Origin: the human T2T-CHM13v2.0 reference genome, Homo sapiens
Direction: 5' to 3' (one strand)
DNA: 64,000 nt
NCBI RefSeq assembly: GCF_009914755.1
Contig: NC_060934.1
The notes beneath the pieces were generated by a model that did no database searches, was not told where the DNA came from, and was given only the letters and a program-made list of their open reading frames with translations. The position numbers were made by a program, and so were the translations under genes. Shown piece after piece: positions 14,435 to 26,520 of the stretch. Every line of letters starts with the position of its first letter. Positions within the stretch are counted from its first letter, which is position 1.

Positions 14435-14760
14435 CAGGTTCAAACCCCAGCCCTGCCATTTACTAGCTGTGTGACCTTGGGCAGCTTACTTATTTGCCTT
14501 TGCGGCGCCTGCAGTTTCCACATCCAGCGGTGGTGTGTGCACGTGTCTCGGGGAGCAGGTTCGGGCTGACTCAACATCTGCCCTGTGCTGGCCACTGTGC
14601 TAGGCCTCTGCTTCTGTAATCTCATTAATCCCCAGCACATCATTGTGAAATGCCCCTTATTTGTGTCCTGGTTTCCCTCAGGCTGTGAGAGGTAATGTAC
14701 AGGCTCAAGTCCACACCACGGGAAGCAGTGCAAAGCCTGTGTACTTCCTGCAGTCATCAC
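14435..14760. mobile_element. Two MIR fragments in opposite orientations
   Basis: ggttcaaaccccagccctgccatttactagctgtgtgaccttgggcagcttact (+); atctcattaatcccca (-). Confidence 0.65.
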
Positions 14761-17134
14761 ACAGCAACCCCCTTCAGACTCCAGGCCTCTGTGTTTGGGG
14801 GTGTAAGGGACTGTTTCTCTAGTTGGTGAGATTATAAAATAACCTCCACGGAGTATTCCTGTTGTAGTGGGCTGAGAATCCCTTCCTAACCTCTAACCTT
14901 TGTCTCTGGCTGTAATTTTATCCCAGAGAGAAGGGGTGTGGCACATGGGCCTAGGGCCGAGTGTGAGCCCAGGTGATAGAAGAAGGCAGTTACACCCCAA
15001 AGGCTCACTCTACCCTTGGAGCAGTCAGATCTGGGGCAGGCATTTAAGAATTCAGGCACAAAGGAGAGGCCAAGGGCCCACAACAGGGAGGCAGACATCC
15101 CTGGCTTCCAGGAACACATGGAGCGAGACACAGTCCCTCCTCCTGTATCCTTGTTCCTTGGCTGAGCACATGGAAGAGGGGGTGTCTCCAGGCCCAAAGA
15201 GGAAGCCTGAAGGTTGTGTGGAGGTGGCCACCTGGGAGTCAGGTGGAGGGCTCTTTTCTTTGACTATGTAGATCTTATGTACTTTCCTTGATGACAGGCT
15301 GGATTTGACCTTCTGGTCATAGTTGGGGGACTTTTACTCTAGATCATCTCTAAGGACTATTCCAGCTTTGACCTCCCACCTGGGTACGGAAAGAGACTGA
15401 GGCTCTGACAGGTGAAGTAGGTTTGCCCCGGTTTGCAAATGTGGCTGGAAGGGAGGTGGGGACAGGCTTTATTCATTTCTGATCTCTTAGGGATCTCTGA
15501 GAGCCTGGCACAGAGCAGGTGCTCAGAGAGCCTTTGGTGAATGAATGAATGAATGGGTCCTGAACTTGGGTAACAAGAATATGGCAGGGATTATGTATTT
15601 TTGTTGATGGGTGTTGTGAACCTGTAAGGACAGGAAGGAAGGAGTGCTGAGGCTGACAGTGAGAGAAGATAGAGGGAGTTTCCGGCACTCTGGGGCCGTT
15701 CACTGCAGTATCACAGCAAACAGCAATCATGTGCCCTGGACGGGCATTCCTTTGTTACCGAGAGGCACAGGAAAGAATGGTAACACAGTGGCTGGTCATC
15801 AGAAAGAGATGCAAGGATGCTGAGCGTATAAAGCTGCAGGATGCATTGCATTATGCATGCCTGAGTCCTGTAGCTTGCTTTGTAAAGCACAGTGCTTATT
15901 TTAATAAGTGACAATCTTTAATGCAGTGGGGGGAAAATCACAGCTTTGTAGATGTCTCATTGTTCTCAGAAGTGATGCTTAGCTTCAAGAAACACCAAGT
16001 TGGATGGGCAGCTAGGCAGGGACTTTGATGTCCTTCTGGTTTGCTTTCTGGGGCAGGAAAAGGATGAGTTCTCCTAGTGTCTTGTACACATCAGATGCTC
16101 AGTCAAAGTCTGATAAATAAATGGTTCTCTCCCTACATCTGATATAGTGCTGTCTTACAGTAGAAAACCTAAGGAACATGTGACTACATTCACCCATTCA
16201 TCTCCTAGTTGCTTGCTGACATTTGAAATTTATTTGCAGACTCACGTGTAGTGGTGATAGATAAGGCTTCATGTGTGGGCTTGGGCCCTGATGAGAACTC
16301 CCACCATGGCTCATATGGTGTGCACGTGACTCCACTGTGCTGGGGTGCTTTCAGAGATGAGCTAGGACAAAAGAATGGGGATGGTGGCTGGGTGGGGAGT
16401 GGGGAGTTAGGAGTGGGGGAGTGTAGTGTTATGTCCTGAGAATTAACCTGGGGGATGGAGAACAACTCTCTCTGTTTCACAGTGTCTCAGAAAAGAGACC
16501 TCAGGGATATTCAATTTCTCCTTTTCCTACAAATTGCTAGCAGCAGAATCAACCTGAAGTTCTAACTACCCTGGTCATATATTTGGCTGGCCATGGCTGA
16601 TGCAGCAGAAAGTGTAGAGCAGGAGTACTTGGCTGAGGTGTAGCCACACATGTCCTCTCATGGCGGGTGTTGGTGGACCCTTGAGTACAGATGTGGCCCT
16701 CTACCAATCTAGGGGTATAAAGGCAGCTGGCGTCTAAGCCCCTTTGACCTGGTGATCTCCTTACTTCATGCAAGCTGCCTGGCCCACTGGACTTTGCTCA
16801 TACCTCCTGAGAACAAGGTCGTCGCTAGGGGACTGTGTCTACCCCCTTGCAGGCTCATCTTGTGTCCATCCCTGACACTGCTTGTTTTCTGAGCACTTCC
16901 TTGAGACATGGCTGAGGCATAGTGTTCACAAGCCTTCCAAGCAGACCCAGCCCTTGGGGATCTGGCCCAGTTCAAACCCATTCCTAGAAAACCCAGAATT
17001 GGATCTCTGTGGCCACAATATTGAAAGACTAGTTTTTCATGAAAAGGATGACCCTGATTGTTTTATTAAAGTACTGAAAGACATATGAACATAAATGTCT
17101 TTTTAAGTTGATGTATAATAATCATACATATGAA

Positions 17135-17264
17135 CTCATTTATGCCTGAGGTTGCAATTTTTTTAATTTTTGCAAACAGACCTTCGTGATGACCTTGAGC
17201 ATTAGGACATAAATAACTCCCGCATGCTTAATGTTCCATTATTGGTATGCTAAACATAAATGGG
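17135..17264 (-). mobile_element. MER85 piggyBac-family MITE
   Basis: 130 bp; TIRs ctcatttatgcct...cataaatggg; internal gttccattattgg palindrome and gaccttgagc...ataaataactccc match the recalled MER85 consensus. Confidence 0.9.
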
Positions 17265-20200
17265 CTAGCCCCATTTATGGGGTACATGTGATATTTTGAT
17301 ACATGGATACAATGTATAATGATCAAATCAGGGTATTTAGGATATCTATTGCCTCAAATATTTATCTTTATTTTGTTGGGAACATTTTAAATCTTCTCTT
17401 ATAGCTATTTTGAGATATACGTTAAATAATTGCTAATTCTAGTCACCTTACTGAGTCATTGAACAGTAGAACTTACTTCCTCTAACTGTATGTTTGTATC
17501 CATTTTCCAACATCTCTTTATTCCCTCTTTACCCTTCCCAGCCTCTGGTAGCTATCATTCTAAGCTCCACTTCCATGAGATCAACTTTTTTAGCTCTCAC
17601 ATATGAATAAGAACATGTGATATTTTTCTTTCTGTGCCTGGCTTGTTTCACTAACATAATCACCTCCAGTTCCATCCATAATGCTGAAAATAATATGATT
17701 TCATTCATTTTTATGGCCAAATAGTATTCCATTGTGTATATATGCCACATTTTCTTTATCCATTTGTCCGTTGATGGACACTTATGTTTATTCCATATCT
17801 TGGCTCTTGTGAATAATGCTCCACTAAACATGGGGGTGCAAGTATCCCTTTGATGTACTGATTTCCTTTCCTTTGGACAAATGCTCAGTACTGGGATTGT
17901 GAAATTGTATGGTAGTTATAATTTTAGTTTTCTGAGGAAACTTACTGTTTTCCATAATGGCTGTATGAGTGTATTAGTTTATATTCCCACCAACAGTGTG
18001 TAAGAGTTCCCTTTTCTTTGCATCCTTGGTAGTATTTTTTTTATTATAGCCATTCTAATTAGGATGAGATGATATTTTATTGTGGTTTTGATTTGCATTT
18101 CCCTGATGATTAGTGATGTTGAACATTTTTTCATATACCTATTGGCCACTTGTATGTTTTCCTTTGAGAAATGTTTATTCATGTCCTTTGCCCACTTTTT
18201 AATGGGATTATTTGTTTTGATGTTGAGTTGTTTGAGATCCTTTTATATTCTGGATATTAGTCCCTTGTTGGATGAATAGTTGTAAATATTTTCTCCCATT
18301 CTATAAGTTATCTGTTCAATCTCTTGATTGTTTCCTTTGGTGTCCAGAAGCTTTTTAGCTTAGTGTAGTCCTATTTGTCTACTTTCGTTTTTGTTGCCTG
18401 TGCCTTTGAAGTCTTAGACATAAGGTCTTTGTTAGACCAATGTTCTGAAGTGTTTCCTCTTTGTTTTCTTCTAGTATCTTGTGGTTTTGAGTCTTATATT
18501 TAGGTCTTCAATTCATCTTGAGTTGATTTTTGTATATGGTGAGAGATATGGGTCTAATTTCATTCTTCTGCACATGGATATCCAGTTTTCCCAACACCAT
18601 TCATTGAAGAGAGTGCCCTTTCCCCAGGGTATGTTCTTAGTGCCTTTGTTGAAAATCAGTTGGCTGTAAATACATGGATTTATTTCTGAATTCTCCATTC
18701 TGTTCCATTGCTCTATATATCTATTTTTATACCAATATCATTCTGGTTTGATTACCATAGCCTAATAATATATTTTGATGTCAGGAAGTATAATGCCTCC
18801 AGCTTTGTTCTTTTTGCTCGGTGTTGCTTTGGCTATTTGGGGTCTTTTGTGGTTCCATAGGAATTTTGGTGTTTTATGAAAACTTCTGTAAAGAATGTCA
18901 TTGACATTTTGATAGGAATTGCATTGAGTCTGAAGATTGCTTTGAGTTGTGTGGCCATTTTAACAATATTAATTCTTCTGATCCATGAGCATGGGATATC
19001 TTTCCATTTGTTTGTTTTCTCTTCAATTTCTTTTATCAGTATTTTGTAGCTTTCATTGTAGAGGCTTTCACCTCCTGAGTTAAATTTATTCCTAGGGATT
19101 TTATCCTTTTTTGTAGTTATTGTAAGTGGGATTGTTTTCCTGATTTCTTTTTTTCAGCTAGTTTACTAGTGTGTAGAAAAAAACTAATTTTTTTTGACTT
19201 TTGAATGTTGATTTTGTATCCCACAACTTTACTAAATTTGTTTATCTAGTCTAAGAGTTTTTTTTGGTGGAGTATTTAGTATTTTTTAGATATAAGATCA
19301 TATTATCCGCAAAGAGAGAAAATATGACTTTCTCTTTTCTAACTTGAATGCCTTTCACTTCTTTTTCTGGCCTGATTGCTTTGGTTAGGGCTTCCAGTAC
19401 TGTATTGAATAAGAGTGGTAAAAGTGGGCATCTTTGTCTTGTTCCAGTTCTTAGAGGAAAAGCTTTCAGCTTTTCCCCATTTAGTATGTTAGGTTAGGGT
19501 TTGTCATGTGTGGCCTTTTTTATGTTGAGGTATGTTCCTTCTGTGCTTAGTTTGTTGAGTTATCATGAAGGGATGCTAAATTTTATCAAATTTTTTTGCA
19601 CTTACTGACATATAATATGGTTTTTGCCTTCATTTTGTTAATGTAATGTATCACATTTATTGATTTGCATATGTGGATTTGCATCCCTGGGCTAAATCTC
19701 ACTTGATCATAGTGTGTTATCTTTTTAATGTGTTGTAGGATTCAGTTTGTTAGCATTTTGTTCAGAATTTTTGCATCTATTTTTATCAGGGATATTGGTC
19801 TGTAGTTTTCTTTTTTTGTTGTGTTCTTGTCTGATTTTGATAGCAGGGTAATGCTGGCCTGATAGAATAAGTTAGAAAGAATTTACTCCTCTTCAATTTT
19901 TTGGAATAGCTTCAGAAGAATTTGTGTTAGTTTTTTAAAAGTTTGGTAGAATTCAGCAGTAAAGCTACTTCAGCTTTTCTTTGTTGGGAGACTTTTCATT
20001 ACTAATTCAATCTTATTACTCATTATTGGTCTGCTCAGGTTTTCTATTTCTTCCTGATTCAATCTTGGTAGGTTGTATGTGTCCAAGGATTTAACCATTT
20101 CCTCTAGGTTCCCCAGTTTGTTAGCGTATAGTTGTTCCTGATAGTCTCTAATAATCCTTTGTATTTCTGTGGTATCATGTTGTAATATCTTATTTGTTGC

Positions 20201-22689
20201 TGATTTTATATATTTGGGTCATTTCTCTTTTTTCCTTGGTTAGTTGCACTGGTGGTTTATTGATTTTGCTTGCCATTTTATAAAACCAACTTTTTTTCAT
20301 TGATTTTTTGTATTGTTTTATAGGTCTGTATTTCATTTAGCTGCTTTGATCTTTATTATCTCTTTCCTTCTGCTAATTTTGTGCTTTATTTGTTCTTGCT
20401 TTTCTAGTTCCTCAAGGTGCATCATTAGGTTGCTTATTTGAAGTCTTTCTACTTTTTTTGATGTAGGCATTTATTGTTATAAATGTCCCTCTTAGCACTG
20501 CTTTTGCTGTATCCCATAGGTTTTGGTATGATGTGTTTTTATTTTCATTTGTTTCAAAAAATTTTTAAATTTTCTTCTTAATTTTTTCATTGGTCCATTG
20601 GTTGTTCAGGAGCATGTTATTTAATTTCCAAGTATTTTTATAGTTTCTAAAGTTTCTTTTTGTTATCGATTTCTAGTTTTATTCCATTGTTGTCTGAGAA
20701 GATACCTGATGTAATTTTGATTTTTAAAAATTTGTTGAGACTTGTTTTGTGTTCTTACCTATGGTCTATCCTAGAGAATGTTCCATGTGCTGATGAGAAA
20801 AACGTGTATTCTGCCATTGTTGGATGAAATGTTCTGTAAATGTCTGTTGGGTTCATTTGGCCTAAAGTGCAGTTTAAATCCAATATTTCTTTGATGATTT
20901 TCAGTCTAGATGATCCCTATAAAACTGAGAGTGAGGTGTTCAAGTCCTCAACTATTATTATTTGTAGTAATACTGCTGTGGTGTTGGGTGTATATATATT
21001 TATAATTGTTACAGCTTCTTGCTGAATTGATCACTTTATCATCATATAATCATCTTTAAGTCAAAAATGATAAAAAGAGACAAAGATCATTAGTCTGTTT
21101 TATCTAACTACTCTTGCACACTTTTGATTTCCATTTGTGTGGAATATATTTTTTTCATCTCTTCACTTTCAGTTTGTGTGTATCTTTACAAGTGAAGTGA
21201 ATTTCTTGTAGCAAATACATAGTTGGTTCATGTTTCTTTTTTCCCCTTTAGCCAGTCTGTATCTTTGAAGTAGGGAATTTAATCTATTTACATTTAAGGT
21301 TATTATTGACAGGTGAGGATGTATTCAAGTCATTTTGTTAATTGTTTTATCATTATTTTGTATATCCTTTGTTAGTTTCTTCCTCTCATTGTTTTTTTGC
21401 AGTTTGGTGGTTTTCTGTAGTGGTAATATTTGACTCATTTCTCTTTCTCTTTTTGTCACTTTTATATCTGGTCTACAAATGAGTTTTATACTTTTGTGTG
21501 TTTTTATGGTGGTAGGTACTGTTCTTTTCCTTCCAGATGTAGGGCTTCCTTGAGCATTTCTTATAGGCCTGGTCTAGTGGTGATAAATTCCCTCAGTTTT
21601 TCTTGTCTAGGAAAGATTTTATTTCTCCTTCATGTTTGAAGGATAGCTTTGCTTGTTAAAGTATTCTTGGCTGGCAGTTTTTTTTTTTCTTTCAGCTCTT
21701 TGAATATGTCATTTTATTCTCTCCCGTTCTGTAAGGTTTTGGCTAAGAAATCCACTGTTAGTTGAATTGGACTTCCTTATATGTGACTTGACTCTTTTGC
21801 TGTTTTTTAGAATTCTCTTTTTATCTTTGACTTTTGATGGTTTGGCTATAATATGCTTTGGAGAAGACTTTTTGAGTTTAATCTTTTTGGAGATTTTTGA
21901 GCTTCCTGTATCTGTCTATATTTCTTGTAAGACATGGGAAATTTTCAGCTATTATTTCATTAAATAGGTTTTCTATACTATTGCCCATATCTTCTCCAGT
22001 AAATCCTAAAATTTGACTATATGATCACTTTATGGTGTCCTATATATCATGTAGGTTTTTTCATTCTTTTTTCTTTTCTTGTTTTGTCTGACTGGGTTAT
22101 TTCAACATTCTTTTGCTTAATCTAGCCTATTGTTTTAACTCTCAATTGTTTTTAAATTTTATTTATTGAATTTTTCATTTTCAGAATTTCTTTTTTTTTA
22201 AATTATGCTTATCTCTTTGTTGAACTTCTCATTCAGATCATAAATTGTTTTTCTGACTTATATGTATTGCTTCTCTGTGTTCTCTTATATCTCACCGAGT
22301 TTCTTAAATATAATTATTTTAAATTCTTTTTCAGGTGTTTTATAGATTTCCTTTTTGTTGGGAACTATTACTAGAGGCTTATTGTATTCCTTTGGAGGTG
22401 TCATTTTCCTTGCATTTTCATGTGTTTTTACATTGATATCTGCACATTTAATTTAATAATTACATCTTCCAATTTTATAGATTGGCTTTTGTAGGAAAAG
22501 ACTTTTTTTCCATAGGTGTATCTATAGTGTTGGTTGGGTAGGGTGTTTTGGCTTTGATTCTGGATAGTTGCAGTAGTGTGGTCTTTGTATGATTTCTTCA
22601 TCTGTAATCAGCATCAGTGGTGTTTGTGAGTTCCTCGGTGGCTTAGGCAGTGGTCATTAGTAGGGGCTGTGGCAAGACTTTACTAGGGA

Positions 22690-23645
22690 CAGGGATGCTA
22701 GGCAGGCCAGTCCTTTGGTACCCAGTGGTGGTGGCAGCAGGCTGAGCATGCTGGTCCTCAGGCCCCTGATAGTGTATGTGGGTGTTGTTGGTCATGGGTC
22801 CAAGTGGGCCAGTCCTTAGGCCACCAGGCAGCTTGTTTGGATGCCAGAATTGGCAGCAGTGGGCCAAGTATGTGGGCATGTCTTTGAGCCCCTGGTTGGT
22901 GTGTGTAGTATTTATTTGTGGTGGCAGCAGTGGTGGAGGGCCAACTCTTGGGCCTCCAAGCAGCATGTGCAGGCATGAGCAGTGGTGGGCAGGTGGGTGC
23001 CAGTGGTGGTGGCAGAGGCAGACTAGATACACTAGTCCCTGGACTCCAGAGAGGCACACATGGGTGCTGGTGGCTGGCAGGATGGGCCTATCCCCAGGCC
23101 TCCAGTCAGTGCATTCAGGTAGTTGAGGTGGTCAGGACGGACCTGTCTTCAGGTCCCTGGAAGGTGTGTATGTGGGCACTGGGAATGGTGTACAAGGTGG
23201 GTCAATCCCCAGACGCCCAGATGGTTTGTTTATATGTTAGCAGTGGTGGCAGTGGGTGGGTCAAGCTTGTTGTCAGCTACTAGAGAGTGTGTGCTGGAGC
23301 AGACAGGATGGATCAATCCCCAGGATCCAAGACAACCCATGTGGATGCTGATGGCAGTAGCAGGCAGGGTGAGTCAATTCAGCAGGTGGGGCAGGCCTGT
23401 CCTTAGGACCCTGGAAGGTGTGCAAGAGTGCCAGTGGTGGCAGGTGAGGTGGACTGATTCCTAGGACCTTAGGTAGCGTACACAGATACTGGCAGTGGTG
23501 GCAGTGAGTGCCATGGGGTTGTCCTCAGTCCCTAAATGGCATATGCAAATGCCAGTGATGGCAGTGGCGGGTGAGGACAGCCTGTCCTCAGGCCCTAGGG
23601 TGGCACCCAGATGTCCCAATCCCTAGACCCCCTGAAGACACATGC
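22690..23645. repeat. Degenerate ~55-60 bp tandem array in the L1 5' UTR
   Basis: Recurrent gtcctcaggcccc / atccccaggcc cores alternating with cagtggtggcag. Confidence 0.7.
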
Positions 23646-24629
23646 AGCTAGCTGCCCAGTAGTTTTGCCACTGGAGTGGTCGGGGGTGCTGTCAGGGATA
23701 TCAGCCCCAGGCAGTTGGCTCTTAGGAGCATGTGCTTCAGCTCCCTTTGTCTCAGGGGAAGCCTCCCTGGGGTGCTGCACCACTCATTCCCTGGGGTGTA
23801 GCACACTGTGTGGGCTGGAATGCTGGAGACCTGGCAGGAGTGGCCAGGTCCTGGCATCACAACGCTGCAGGTCTCTGGGTGGATGTGTGAAGGATGTCAG
23901 TGGGGCTCCAGGGATATGGAGATGCAGGGGATGTTGGGCCCCAGGACAGGATGCAGTCTAGTGGGTGCTAGGATCTCAACATGGCGCTGTGCTGCAGCTG
24001 ATTGCATCTCGGGGGTGTGTGGCACCCAGCATGAGCTGTCTTTCTGGAACAAAACCTTCACACAGATTCCACACAGCTCCCTCTACTCGTCTCAGGGCCC
24101 ACGAAGGCCAAGGGGCTCTCCCGTGGCTAGGATTGCAGGAGTCCATGATGTGGGCTACTGGGATCTCTCCTTACCTTTTCCTTGCAGTGGGGAGTTTATC
24201 CAGGCTCTGAGCTGATCCTGGCCAGGCCAGCTGCTTCACTTCCTTCTTCTTCCATGCCTCTGCGGCTCCCTGCTGCCTCCCTGCTGAATCCCACCATTCT
24301 CTCTTAGACACGTGAGTCCACCTGTAGTTATCTCCTCCGGTGCCAGGCACCTCTATTCAGACATTCTGAAGCCCTCTTGGTAAATGACTTGCTGAAGTAT
24401 ATGTTGGGCTTAATCCCAGCTCTGCCCCTAATTAGTTGTGTGGCCTTGGACAAGTCACCCCTCTTTCCCTAACCCCGTCCTTGATATCACAGCAGTTTAC
24501 CACTGGAAGCATAGCTTCCATAGAGTCCACAGACCTGAATGTGAAATCTGCCTCTTCCATCTCTGAGATGCAGTGCTCTGAGCAGGATTTTTGGTTATTT
24601 TTGTGTGCATTTGATTTGTGTGTTTGTAC

Positions 24630-24935
24630 TTTTTTTTTCTTTTTTTTTTTTTTGAGACAGAGTCTCATTCTGTCACCCAGGCTGGAGTGCAGTGGCGTGA
24701 TCTTGGCTCACTGTAACCTCCACCTCCTGGGTTCAAGGGTATCTTGTTCCTCAGCCTCCTGAGCAGCTGGGACTACAGGTGCACACCACTACACCCAGCT
24801 AAGTTTTGTATTTTCGGTAGAGATGGGGTTTTGCCATGTTGGCCAGGCTGGTCTCAAGCTCCTGGCCTCCAGTGATCTGCCTGCCTTGGCCTCCTAAAGT
24901 GCTGAGATCACAGGCATGAGCCACTGCACCTGGCC
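24630..24935 (-). mobile_element. AluS (Sx/Sz-like)
   Basis: Poly(T) followed by gagacagagtctc...ccactgcacctggcc. Confidence 0.92.
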
Positions 24936-25989
24936 ATGTGTATAAGTTTTAAGTTCTCTACTCCTCTTGGTTTTCGTTAAGTATAAAATGGCAGTGGTAA
25001 GTGCCCACTTAGAGTCTGTCAGGACCACACAAGTATATTGTAGCAATAATAGCAAACATTTATTGTCTACTCTGTTGTCCTGGCTGTATTTTGCAGGTGC
25101 TGCTCCTCTCAATCTTTAAATCAGGCTGGTAATAGCATCTCTCATTTTTTAGATCAAAACCTAAAAAGGTGGGAATGAAAGAAGCTCCTAACCCTCCTGG
25201 CTTTTTTCCCAAAGCCAGGAGGCAGCTCCTGAATGGTGGATTTTGGACTACTGGTGAGGCTGTCAGCAAAGGGCCTGGCCCAGAGAGATGCTCAAGAGTA
25301 GGATGAAAAGACCGTGGGCTTCTTCCTCTGCAAAAGGAAAGGTTTGGGACTGATGGATGCTGAAAAGTCTAGATCTTCATAATCCTCAACAGCTTCACTG
25401 CCACTGCACACACAAAATGAGTGTGCCCTATATTTCCAGCCCTCTGATGAATACGAAAAGAGCCTGAAGAACTCATCTTCCTGGTCGCAAAGTACTTTAA
25501 AATATATAATCCCTCAATCTTAAACATACACATTTTATTGCTTTTTATTATACAATAATACATATTTACTATTGAAAATACAGATAAGAAAAAAGAAAAT
25601 GGTTCATAATAATACTACCCAGGTTTAAAAAATACTATTCAGCCTTATGTTGAAGAATCTGACTCTTTTCCTATGCAAGCATGTATTTCAAGCAAAACTG
25701 GACACTTCATGTGTACCTTGTTTTGTGATCTTTTTTTCCCAAATTAATATATAATCAATATCTTTTTGTATCAATCTTCAATCCTTTCTTCTGTCACTTA
25801 TTTTTAATGGTTAACAGTCATCTACTATATAGATATTCTGTAATTTATTAAAGTGATCCCTCATTCTTGAATACTGAAGTTGTTGATAAGAAAGTTCCAA
25901 TCTTGTTGAGAAGACCAAGCCTGTGAGGAATAGTTCCATGAAATTACAATTGGAACTTGCTATGTGCTGAGTGGCAGAAATGCAATAGA

Positions 25990-26520
25990 GTTCTGAATGG
26001 AAGGAGTGGTTTTGGAATGAAGGATGGTGGGGAGGCTTTAAAGAGTACGTAGGGTTGGAGCCAAGCTTTGAGAGAGGGGCTGGATTTCCACAGGTTAAGA
26101 GATTGTATTCGAAATAGGAGAACCAGCAGCAGCAAAGGTGCAGAGCCCAGGGGTTGGGTAGGTGTTTAGGCCCTGGGGAGGGCTCACATAGGGGACCAGC
26201 TCCAGAGAGGGTTAGAAAAGGAGGACAACAGATTCTAGAGTGGACAGTAAGTGCAAGTCTGGCAAGAGTAAATTTTACCCTTTTGGGCAATAAGGAGCCA
26301 CAGAGAGTTTTTGAGCGGGGTTGTGGCATGAGTAGATCTCGGTTTATGAAGTCACTGTACAAGCAGTTAGGGAGAGAAGAGAATAGCAGGAGATGGTATC
26401 CAAGGCAGGGAGACCTGTTAGAAGGTGGGGAACAAGTCCAGAGGAGGTGATGAGACCTGGATTCAGGGAGTGGCAGGAGGTGAGGGAAATGGGTTGGATG
26501 TCATGGCTGGAGAGGGCCCA
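25990..26520 (-). mobile_element. L2 fragment
   Basis: cagcagcaaaggtgcagag, ggcaataaggagccacagagagtttttgagcgggg. Confidence 0.65.

Larger units (their letters stand above)
17095..24380 (-). mobile_element. Full-length, decayed L1MA element (~7.3 kb)
   Basis: L1MA 3' end (tatggggtacatgtgatattttgatac); ORF2 remnants in the ORF track ([37 protein letters not shown]); GC-rich 5' UTR; candidate TSD taaatgtctt/taaatgactt. Confidence 0.9.

Noticed and set aside
17529-18698. ORFs resembling the C-terminus of a reverse-transcriptase protein
   Set aside because: Broken L1 ORF2 remnants, not a functional CDS
22690-23645. Repeat-spacer-like periodicity suggesting a CRISPR array
   Set aside because: The units are highly degenerate and lie inside a mammalian L1 5' UTR; there are no cas genes and the context is eukaryotic
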